Assembly (NCBI GenBank): GCA_045561495.1
Contig: JBJKXR010000036.1
Span: 521 to 64,520 of the forward strand
Direction: 5' to 3'
Source: Flavobacteriales bacterium
Lineage (GTDB): Bacteria > Bacteroidota > Bacteroidia > Flavobacteriales_C > GCA-002722245
DNA: 64,000 bases
Shown: piece by piece, positions 49,041 through 58,465 of the stretch
How the letters are laid out: each line of letters opens with the position of its first letter
Numbering within the stretch: the stretch's first letter is position 1
Translations under genes and position numbers: made by a program
The notes under the pieces: model-generated
What the model was told of the DNA's origin: nothing
Database searches by the model: none
What the model saw: only the letters and a program-made list of their open reading frames with translations

Positions 49041-50048
49041 TTTCAGCTTGGAGATAAGGTAAGTTTCTTAAATGAGGCCTTAGATGGAATAGTTTCTAAA
49101 ATTATCGACAATAAAATGGTTGAGGTAACCACGAAAGATGGTTTTGGAATTCCTGTATTAATAACGGAGTTAGTAAAAACAGGAGGAAACTCAGAAGTTC
49201 TTCCAAAGGAAAAATTTTCATCTCAAAACAAAAAGCAAAATACTTTACAGCTTAACATAAAATCAAATCTTGAAAAGAAACCTTATTTATGTTTTGTAAA
49301 GAATTCAGCAAATGATAAAGAGTTGTATATACTAAATAATACTGGTTATTCTCAGTTTTTTGTTTTGCGTATTCAAAAGGCAGGGGAATGGGTGCTTATT
49401 TATTCAGGGAAGGTAATTAAGAGAAGTTATGTTTTTGTGGGTACTTATTTGGATAAAGAATTGGATGGTTTTCGCAAAATTATTGTTGATGCAATCAATG
49501 TTGATTTTAGCTTAAAGAGGCATTTTGCTCCTAAATCAGTTGATGTCAAAATTAAAACAGCTAAGTTTTTTAAAGATTCGTTGTACACAGAAATTCCAAT
49601 TTTGGAAAAGGATGCCATATTGATTGATGTTTCAGGCGAAACAATCAAAGAAGCTGAAATGCATCAAGAAATCAGAAAACCGGTTGAATCCTTCACAAAA
49701 AAGAAAATATTAAAATCGCCAAAAGTAGTTGGTAAGATTGAGCTTAAGCAAGAGAAAAGAAATAGAAGTAGAGGAGAACTTGATTTACACATTGAAAATT
49801 TAGGTGTTCAGTTCAAAGGGAAATCAAATGGTCAAATTGTTCAAATTCAACTGGATACTGCTCGAGATTTTATTGATAAATCTATACTATCAGGTAAGCG
49901 AGAGTTAATTTTGGTTCATGGTGTAGGTAATGGCACGCTAAAAAAAGAGGTGCACAAATTACTTAAATCGTATTATGGAATTCGATTTGAGCAAGGTGAT
50001 GCCAGAAAATATGGTGAAGGAGCTACTTTAGTCCATTTGAAAGGTTAA
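49041..50048 (+). CDS. Smr-domain protein (DUF2027 + C-terminal Smr/MutS2-like domain)
   Basis: C-terminal ELDLHIENL ... LILVHGVGNGTLKKEVHKLL Smr signature. Start at ATG 49041 (track 48915 would overlap the NUDIX gene). Confidence 0.65.
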   Translation, partial: FQLGDKVSFLNEALDGIVSKIIDNKMVEVTTKDGFGIPVLITELVKTGGNSEVLPKEKFSSQNKKQNTLQLNIKSNLEKKPYLCFVKNSANDKELYILNNTGYSQFFVLRIQKAGEWVLIYSGKVIKRSYVFVGTYLDKELDGFRKIIVDAINVDFSLKRHFAPKSVDVKIKTAKFFKDSLYTEIPILEKDAILIDVSGETIKEAEMHQEIRKPVESFTKKKILKSPKVVGKIELKQEKRNRSRGELDLHIENLGVQFKGKSNGQIVQIQLDTARDFIDKSILSGKRELILVHGVGNGTLKKEVHKLLKSYYGIRFEQGDARKYGEGATLVHLKG

Positions 50049-50067
50049 CTTAGGAAGAAGTTTTGGA

Positions 50068-51087
50068 ATGAAAAAAATAATTAAGTTTATATCTTTAGTG
50101 GCAATAATAGGTTGTGCACTACTGGCCTATGTCTACTTTGGTGTTTTTGAGAAGAAGATTTTTTTAGGGGAAAATAAAACCACTTTTTTTTACATAAAAT
50201 CTACTGATAAACTTTCCGACATACTTTATAATTTAGATTCTCTTGAAATCGCATCAGAGAAGTCTTTTGGTTGGGTTTCCGAGTTGAGGTCTTTTGGAGA
50301 AAACAATATTTATCCAGGTAGATATACTTTAAATTCTTCAATGACGTATTCAGATTTAGTTGTTTATTTAAGGTCTGGTCAAATAGATGAAGTTAATGTT
50401 ACATTCAATAATGTAAGAACGTTAAGTCAGTTAGCTGAAAAGGTGTCCAAACAGATTGAAGCTTCCTATGATGAACTTAATAATGAGTTTAGCAACCCCG
50501 AACGTTATGGTTACGATCAAGCTACTTTTTTAGCTGTTTTTATTCCAAATACCTATAAAATGTATTGGACTGCATCAGCCAAGGATTTCGTTAAAAGAAT
50601 GCTTTTTGAATATAAAAATTTTTGGAACACCAAAAGAATGGAAAAAGCCAATCAAATGGATTTAACACCAGTTGAAGTGAGTACGCTAGCTTCTATAGTA
50701 CAAAGTGAACAGATGAACCATTCAGAAGAATGGCCAATAATTGCAGGGTTGTATTTTAACCGACTCCAAAAAGGGATAAAGTTACAATCAGACCCAACTG
50801 TAGTATATGCCTGGGGAGATTTTTCTATGAATAGGGTATACTATAAACACTTGAAAATTGATTCAAAATACAACACCTATAAATACAAAGGGCTACCCCC
50901 AGGGCCAATACGAATACCCGATTTAAAGGTTTTAGATGCTGTTTTAAATTATAAAAAGCATGATTATATTTTTATGTGTGCTAAGCCTGAATTTAGTGGG
51001 AAACACTCCTTTGCTGCAACTAATGAAGAGCATAAAAAAAACGCAAAAAAATATCGGACATTTTTAAATAAGAATAAGGTTCATTAA
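50068..51087 (+). CDS. mltG: endolytic murein transglycosylase MltG (YceG-like)
   Basis: N-terminal TM. YceG domain with conserved Glu region (IVQSEQMNHSEEW). Confidence 0.8.
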   Translation: MKKIIKFISLVAIIGCALLAYVYFGVFEKKIFLGENKTTFFYIKSTDKLSDILYNLDSLEIASEKSFGWVSELRSFGENNIYPGRYTLNSSMTYSDLVVYLRSGQIDEVNVTFNNVRTLSQLAEKVSKQIEASYDELNNEFSNPERYGYDQATFLAVFIPNTYKMYWTASAKDFVKRMLFEYKNFWNTKRMEKANQMDLTPVEVSTLASIVQSEQMNHSEEWPIIAGLYFNRLQKGIKLQSDPTVVYAWGDFSMNRVYYKHLKIDSKYNTYKYKGLPPGPIRIPDLKVLDAVLNYKKHDYIFMCAKPEFSGKHSFAATNEEHKKNAKKYRTFLNKNKVH

Positions 51088-51192
51088 ATGAACTATTTTT
51101 GCGTGATTGAATTATTTTTTGGAAGAGTGTTTAAGGAAAACAATTTTTTTATAAAAACTAAGTTTTAGGGGATAATTGCTATCTTTCAAATT

Positions 51193-52257
51193 ATGCGTTT
51201 TTTAGGACTTCTAGTAAGCTTTTTATTGAGTTTTTCAAGCATAGCTCAGATAGGCGGTAAATCTACCTATCAGTTTCTCAACATCATTTCCTCTGCTAAA
51301 ATAGCTTCGCTTGGTGGTTATACAATTGCAGTACCCGATGGCGATATTGAGATGGCTTACTTTAATCCTGCATTAATAGATTCTTCTTTGCATCAAGAGC
51401 TAAATTTGAACTATGTGAATTATTTTTCGGACATCAACTATGGTTTTGCTGGATATGCCTATCGCTTAAAAAAAATTGGTGTATTTACCACTTCTATTAA
51501 ATACATAAATTATGGAGAATTCTTGCTAACTGATGAAACCAGTGCAATTAATGGAGAATTCTCAAGTAGTGAAACAGCTTTGAATATAGGATGGTCAAAT
51601 GCCTATAAATACGGTTTGAAATATGGTGTTAATCTTAAGTTTGTAATGTCTAATTTCTATGATTATACATCTACAGGAATTTTAGTAGATATTGCTGGTA
51701 CCTGGAGCAAGCCTGAAAAAGGAATCATAGTAGGCATGGTTGTAAAGAATATGGGCTCTCAAATTACTACGTATACACCCAATAACTTTGAGCCTATGCC
51801 GTTTGAAATTCAGGCTGGAGTTTCAAAAAAATTACAACATGCTCCTTTTCGGTTTAGTGCAAACTTCCACAATTTGCAGGTGTTTGATTTTTATTACGAC
51901 AGTCCCAATGAAATAGAATCTTCTAGCCTATTTGGAGGAGATGTGATTGAGGAAGATAAATCACATTTAGCAGAGATTATTTTTCGTCATTTTACAATTG
52001 GAACAGAGCTACTACTGAGTGAAAATTTTAATTTAAGAATTGGTTATAATCACCAAAGGAGAAGTGAATTAAAGTTGAGAGAAGGTTCCAAAGCGGGTGC
52101 AGTCGGTTTTAATTTTGGAATAGGTGTTCATATCAAGAAATTTAAAATCGATTATGGGAGGAGTATATACTCTTTAGCGGGAACAACCAATCATTTATCG
52201 ATTTCTACCAATTTTTCTGAGTATATTTCGAAAAAGGATAAAAAGGATAAAAAGTAG
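51193..52257 (+). CDS. porQ: T9SS PorQ-like outer membrane beta-barrel protein (PorP/SprF superfamily)
   Basis: Signal peptide. Beta-barrel pattern. Conserved position immediately upstream of cmk, which is where I recall porQ sitting in P. gingivalis. Other T9SS cargo present in window. Confidence 0.45.
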   Translation: MRFLGLLVSFLLSFSSIAQIGGKSTYQFLNIISSAKIASLGGYTIAVPDGDIEMAYFNPALIDSSLHQELNLNYVNYFSDINYGFAGYAYRLKKIGVFTTSIKYINYGEFLLTDETSAINGEFSSSETALNIGWSNAYKYGLKYGVNLKFVMSNFYDYTSTGILVDIAGTWSKPEKGIIVGMVVKNMGSQITTYTPNNFEPMPFEIQAGVSKKLQHAPFRFSANFHNLQVFDFYYDSPNEIESSSLFGGDVIEEDKSHLAEIIFRHFTIGTELLLSENFNLRIGYNHQRRSELKLREGSKAGAVGFNFGIGVHIKKFKIDYGRSIYSLAGTTNHLSISTNFSEYISKKDKKDKK

Positions 52258-52268
52258 CTAAAGGGAGA

Positions 52269-52973
52269 ATGAAAAAAATTACAATCGCAATAGATGGTTT
52301 TTCGTCCTGCGGAAAAAGTACACTGGCAAAGGAGTTGGCCAAAAGATTATCCTATTCTTATGTCGATACGGGAGCTATGTTTAGGGCGGTTGCACTATAT
52401 TGTTTACGAAATGGGTTAATCAAAGAGGATGGAACAAAGGTGTATAAAATACGTGAGTTCTTGGATGAATTTCAGGTTGGGTTTGAATTTAATGAAAATA
52501 AAGGCTACGGAGAGGTAACCTTAAATGGTGAGAATGTTGAAGAAGAAATAAGAAGCTTAACTATTTCAAGAATTGTCACAAAAATATCGGGTATAAAAGA
52601 AGTACGCGAAAAGCTTTTGATAATTCAAAAAAAAATAGGTTCAGATAAAGGTGTTGTTTTGGATGGAAGAGATATTGGAACCGTTGTTTTTCCCGATGCT
52701 GAGTTGAAAATTTTCATGACCGCTGAAACAACCATCAGAGCAGAACGCAGACTTAATGAATTAAAAGGGAAAGGTCATAAAGTAACCCTCGAACAGGTAG
52801 AGGACAATCTAAGGTTAAGAGATCATGATGATACTACAAGAGAGGAGAGTCCTTTGAAGCAAGCAGAAGATGCTGTCGTAATTGATAATACCAACCTTAC
52901 TAGGCGCGATCAATTATCTATGATTGTAGCATTGGCTAAAGAAAGAATGGTTGATGAAGAAATTATTGATTAA
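52269..52973 (+). CDS. cmk: cytidylate kinase
   Basis: P-loop IAIDGFSSCGKST. Full-length Cmk similarity. Confidence 0.9.
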   Translation: MKKITIAIDGFSSCGKSTLAKELAKRLSYSYVDTGAMFRAVALYCLRNGLIKEDGTKVYKIREFLDEFQVGFEFNENKGYGEVTLNGENVEEEIRSLTISRIVTKISGIKEVREKLLIIQKKIGSDKGVVLDGRDIGTVVFPDAELKIFMTAETTIRAERRLNELKGKGHKVTLEQVEDNLRLRDHDDTTREESPLKQAEDAVVIDNTNLTRRDQLSMIVALAKERMVDEEIID

Positions 52974-53197
52974 CATAGACCTTTTATTCGAGGTGTTTTT
53001 TATTTCAAAATCAAAAAACAAGTCGTTGGATAGAAGAATGAAAACCAGAAAGCTAAAAAAATTACAAACAGGTTTATTATTCTCACTTTATTAGTATAAC
53101 TTCCCCTGCCAAATCAAATAAATTTTAATAACTTTTTATTGATTAGAGCGTAATAATGGGAAACATTCTGGTTGCAGTATGTTGATGAGTTTTATTT

Positions 53198-56100
53198 ATG
53201 AGTAAACCTATTTTTGCAAAAACAATACTGTTCATAGCTTTTTTGTTTGCTATATCCTATGCCCATGGGCAGGATTCTTTTGCATCCAAAGAGGTGAAAC
53301 CGTCCTTGGGCCTTGGTGTTGGTGTTTTTAATTATTACGGTGATGTAAATAGTATTGGAAATCACTCCTCCTTAATGAACCAGTTTGCTTATGAGTTTCA
53401 TGTAGATCGAAAATTAAGCGATTATTCAGATTTAGGGTTTAGTTTTTTAACAGGGACAATAATTGGTAATGAACGATCACCGGATAGGAACTTAAATTTC
53501 AGGACAGATATATATTCAATTTCCGTTTACGGTAGTTTTAACCTAGATTACATACTCAACTGGTCAGACGTTATTAACCCTTATGTAACAATAGGTTTTG
53601 AAAGTTTTGAATACAATAACAAAGGAGATTTAGTAGATGCTAATGGTTCTTTGTATTACTATTGGAATGACGGAACCATTCGAACTATCCCTCAAAATTC
53701 TCCCTTATCGAATCAAGCAAGTTTGATGCAAAGAGATTACAAATATGAAACAGATTTAAGAGCAGCCGATTTAGACGGTTTTGGGAAGTACCCTCAACTT
53801 GCTATTGCTATTCCGATTGGATTAGGAGTAAATTTAAATGTGTCCGATCGACTTTCCTTTAAAGTAAATTCAACATTTCATTACACGTTTACCGATTTAA
53901 TTGATAATGTAAGTAAAGATGGGACAGGTATTCGGAAAGGAAATAGTCTTAATGATTATTTTACTTATAACTCAATTTCATTGCATTATGATTTATTAAG
54001 TTCACCACCCAAGAATTCATCCAAGGATTTTTCTTTTCCTGATTATTTTAATGTTGAGATAGAAGATGAAGATGGTGATGGTGTTTTCGATGCAATTGAC
54101 ATATGTCAGTTTACTCCACCTGGAGTAGAGGTTGATGAGGATGGTTGTCCATTAGATGATGATCAAGACGGGGTTCCAAATTATATGGATCAAGAAAGTT
54201 CAACATCAGACACCTCGTTTGTAAATGCTCAAGGAAAAACACTCACAGATGAAGACTTTTATCAGCAATACCTGCAATATCTTGATTCAGTAGAAATTCC
54301 AATTGAAATTTTATACCGCATTGCAGGAAATCCAAAAAAAATAGGAAGTTTCAGAATATTATTAGGAGAGTTTTCAGGTGAAATTTCGGAGCGATTAGCT
54401 AAAATATTCCTTTCAGAAGGAGATGTGATTGGTGTAGTAAATCGAGAAGGTAAAACTGCCTTCCTAACAAAAAAATATGGTGATTTAGGCAGTGCAGAGA
54501 AAAGACGAGATGAGCTTTTGAAGAGAGGGTTTCCACAAGCAACAATAGTAATTTGGAATGGAAATAATTATTTCACTTTGTATCAATGGGATTTGCTTGC
54601 AAAAAAAGAATTAGAAGAGCGATTTAAAGATTTTTATCAGAATAAAAAGAAACTTGAAGGTATGTTTGCTTTAAAATTGGGGGAGACACCTGCTGATGCA
54701 AGAATTCAAGAAAAAGCAAAGTTTTTTGAATATGAAGATGTGGTTGTTTTAGATGGTGATAGTGGCAAAAACCGATTATGTAATTGGGCCATTTATAAAT
54801 CAGGTAGAGGCAAAGCAATATTTGCAAGAGGTAGATAGAGAAAAATACCCTAATGCTGAAATCATTACCGTTAAAAAAGGAAAGTCTGAGTCAGTAGGTA
54901 TAGCCGTGAAAGATACAGAGCCTATTCGTCCAGTTGGTCCCGATAGTTGGAATAAAACAAGAAGTAAGCCCGAAGAAACAGAAAAAAAAGTTTTGGATAA
55001 GCTTGAAGGTAGTTTAGTAATTGATTTTGGTAAAATAGCTGATCTTGAAATCAAAAATGTAGTTAATAAAATTAAATCTCAAGTTGAAGTAGCGCAAGTA
55101 AAAGATTCTTCTGGAGTGACAAAAATGATTACTAAGAAGCCCCAATCAGATTCTTATGTAAAAACATCAGTAGATAATTTCCAGAAACAAGGTGTTCCTG
55201 CTGAGGTAAAGAGAGTTGAGAATGGGTGAATTGGTTCCTGTTGACTTGAATGAACTTGTGAAAAAAGAATTGCCTGAAAAAAATATCACCTTCAAATCCA
55301 GCAGTAGTTTCAAATGAAGAAAATCTTGATTCCATTATTAATGCAGAGATGTACAAAGAGGAAAAAGTCAACTCAGGATTATACGATAAATGGCAAGATG
55401 TTTTATCAAGAGTTAATGGTTCTTTTGTCATTGATTTTGGAAAGTCTGATGATAAAAAGATAGAAGAAATTAAGAAAGAAATTGAATCCACTATGGAGGT
55501 AGTTGAAATAACAACAATAAATGGAGAAAAGAAATTAATTACATCTCAACCTCTAGTGAAATCGGATGCTGAGGCAACCATTAAATCTCTAGAGAAGAAA
55601 GGGATTGAGGCAATATTGGTTCAAGTTAGAGATGGTGAATTAATTCCCGCTTCAAGCTTAGAGGATTTAAAATCAGTTGATGCATCTAATGACGTAAATT
55701 CAAAAGGAAAATACGATGATTATGAAAATAATTATGTTGTCAAGATTGGTACAATAAATGAAAAAACATCTTTAGCAGAAAGAGATAAATTAATAAATGC
55801 ACCAAACACTATTAAAATTAAAAAGACTAATGGTTCAATTGATGTCATTTCTGAAAAAATAAGTAAGGATGAAGAAAACGCCTATGAAAATAAATCAGAT
55901 TATGTCTCTTTAGGTTTTGACAGTGCAAAAGTCGCCTACTTTAAAGATGGTAAAGTTGAAGTAATTAGAAAAGAAGAACTCGAAGGAAAATATACTGTAA
56001 GTATGGGGTCATTTAAAACTAATGTAACAAACGATCAGGTAAATAATATTCTAAGTCTGCCTGATATTGAAAGTGTTGAAACCCATAATCCAGAAATGAC

Positions 56101-57253
56101 AACCTATGTATTGGGTACGTATGACTCTCCCGAGGAAGCTAAAAAAAGTGTAGAAGATTTAGTTAAAAAAGGATTGGAGCCTGCAATTGTGAAAATTAAA
56201 AATGGAAAAATTAAAGAAGTTAAGTTGGATTTAGTTTTTGATGATCTTTCTATTAAAAATTTAACAGATTTAAAGGAACAAACCAAACAAGTAAAAACAG
56301 ATGAAGTAGTTTTTAGAGTTCAGTTGGGTGCCTACAAAGAGAAAATTGATATGAATATTTTCCAGGGAGTAAATACTTTATCGTTTCCAGCATCTGGAGG
56401 AATCACAAAATATGTTACCGGTTCTTTTATTACCTATCAGCAAGCCTATATTCACAAGATTGACATGCGAAAAATGGGCTTCACAGGAAGTTTTGTTGTT
56501 GCTTATAAAGATGGTAAAAGAATAAAAGTGACCGATTTAGTAAATCAGGACAAATATCAAAAAGTCAAGGAATCTGTTTCACCAATTGAACAAGAGCTCA
56601 AAAAGGTAGTTGATACACCAACAGAAGATAGAACAAAAAGTGAGAAATCGGACGTTTCATTCAAGGTTCAAATAGGCGCTTATAAAGGAGAAGAAATGGC
56701 AGATAAGTTGGCTGAGTTTTCCAATCTTGAAATGGAAGTATATGGACAATACAAACGATACATTTCTGGTGATTTTGATACATATGCTGAGGCTGATGAG
56801 TATAAAAAAGAAATTATTTCGAAAGGTTTCAATGAAGCGTATGTTGTTGCTTATAACAACGGTGAAAGAGTTGAAACGCCAGGGGCTAAGTCAAATGTTA
56901 TTACTCAAAATGACCTAGTAAATAAACCTAAAGATACTTTAGATGTTCAAGTGAAAATTGAAGAATATGAACTAAACAAAGTGTCTATTATGGTTCAGGT
57001 TGGATTATTCCGAGGGGAAATTCCTCTAGAATTTAAAGATCAGTATGCAAAATTACCTGACCTTACAAAGCAGGTAACCAACCATGGGGTAATTCGATAC
57101 ATGACAGGAAGTTTTAAAAATGTATCTGAGGCTGCAGCTTACAAGGAAGAGTTAATTAATCAAGGCTTCCCAGATGCATTTTTAGTTGCTTATTATTCTA
57201 ATGAGAGAGTAACGATGCAAGAAATTGTTGAAATTCTCAAAAAAGCTAAATAA
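53198..57253 (+). pseudogene. large OmpA-like beta-barrel / thrombospondin type-3 repeat / multi-SPOR-domain peptidoglycan-binding protein (~1350 aa if contiguous), split into three ORFs by frameshifts at A-rich homopolymers
   Basis: ORFs 53198..54838, 54753..55229 and 55349..57253 carry the same ~75-aa SPOR-like module (…V/FxVQLGAYK…YxxGxFxxxxEAxxxxxxLxxxGFxxAxVVAYxNGxRV). Frame switch at ggcAAAAAccg (~54781) restores ...DGDSGKN|YVIGPFINQVEAKQ. Further frame switches at ~55225-55262 and ~55290-55320. N-terminus has a signal peptide and barrel. TSP3 Ca-binding repeats DEDGDGVFD...DDDQDGVPN. Confidence 0.55.
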
Positions 57254-57634
57254 GCAAGAGAGCATTTAATTATTTCAAATATTGCTTTGGTAGGAACCAA
57301 GGGAGTTTTTAATCGATTACTATCTTCACGAAGATAAATTCAATACCACTAACTTTTAATGCAGTTGGTCCTATTTTCATAGGTTTGGGTTTGCTTGTAA
57401 CAATTCCCATTTTCTTAGCAATTTGTTATTCTGTTTTTAATACAATGGTTGAGGTCCATATTGGAGAGGAGGATAATCAATTTTATGGAGGGGATATAAT
57501 TGATGTTTGATTTCTTTAAAGTATTCTTAAACACAATAAAGATTAAAATACATTTACCTATCAATTTTTCATATTTCCTATTTCCCAAACCAAGAAAATT
57601 TATAGTTTTACAGAGAACTAAAAAACAACGAATA

Positions 57635-58015
57635 ATGAATTGGTATTTAGAAGTTTTAAGAAAATATGCTACTTTCTCAGGAAGAGCAAGAAGAAAAGAG
57701 TACTGGATGTTTACATTGGTACATATTTTAATTGCTATTGTTTTAATGGCTAGCTCAGCTTTAATAGGTCCTGTAGGTGGAGTGTTATATATGCTTTATA
57801 TGCTAGGAATGATTGTTCCGAGTATAGCATTAACAGTTAGAAGATTGCAGGATCAAGACAAAGAGTGGCCATGGATTTTTGTGTCTTTTATTCCAATTAT
57901 TGGCGGAATATGGATGATAATTTTAATGGCAACAGAAGGAACAAAAGGAGAAAACAGATTCGGAACAGACCCAAAAGAAAATTCTGTTGGAGAAGACGTT
58001 CTTGATGCGGTTTAA
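57635..58015 (+). CDS. DUF805 family inner-membrane protein
   Basis: MNWYLEVLRKYATFSGRARRKEYWMF is the hallmark DUF805 N-terminus. 3 TM. Track ORF 57500 adds an unlikely 45-codon extension. Confidence 0.7.
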   Translation: MNWYLEVLRKYATFSGRARRKEYWMFTLVHILIAIVLMASSALIGPVGGVLYMLYMLGMIVPSIALTVRRLQDQDKEWPWIFVSFIPIIGGIWMIILMATEGTKGENRFGTDPKENSVGEDVLDAV

Positions 58016-58027
58016 AGGAAGTCAAAT

Positions 58028-58067
58028 ACAACAGGGGAAATTTCCCCTGTTGTATTAATTTTTATTT
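58028..58067 (+). terminator. rho-independent terminator
   Basis: ACAACAGGGGA-aatt-TCCCCTGTTGT perfect 11-bp stem followed by a T-rich tract. Confidence 0.6.
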
Positions 58068-58243
58068 CAACAGATTTCACAATCATCTGATTGATCTTGA
58101 ATAGCAATTTTTTTGATTTCTTTTTCGAGTTCAAAGATTTCATCTTTGAGTTCTAATTTTTCCATAAATTCTGCACTTTTCAATTTTTCTTTTAATCTAT
58201 TCATCTTATTTATTAATAGATTTCTTTTTTCGAGAGGATTCAT
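58067..58243 (-). CDS. small hypothetical coiled-coil protein (58 aa), absent from ORF track (below length cutoff)
   Basis: ATG...TGA open frame on minus strand: MNPLEKRNLLINKMNRLKEKLKSAEFMEKLELKDEIFELEKEIKKIAIQDQSDDCEIC. Confidence 0.2.
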   Translation of the reverse strand: MNPLEKRNLLINKMNRLKEKLKSAEFMEKLELKDEIFELEKEIKKIAIQDQSDDCEIC

Positions 58244-58465
58244 GACTTATTTCAAGTGTTATTTCTGCAAAGGAAAATAATTCTAATTAATTTTTGTTTC
58301 TACAGCCATCTATAATTTCAACTATTCGTCTGGCAAATTAAGTTTATCATGTAAATAAGTTGCTATGTTTACTTAATTGTTATTTTTGTCTTTTGAAAAT
58401 GTAACCTATTCACTCTTTTGATTGTTATAGCCCACGAATTTTGAAAGCCTTCATCAGGTAAAATA

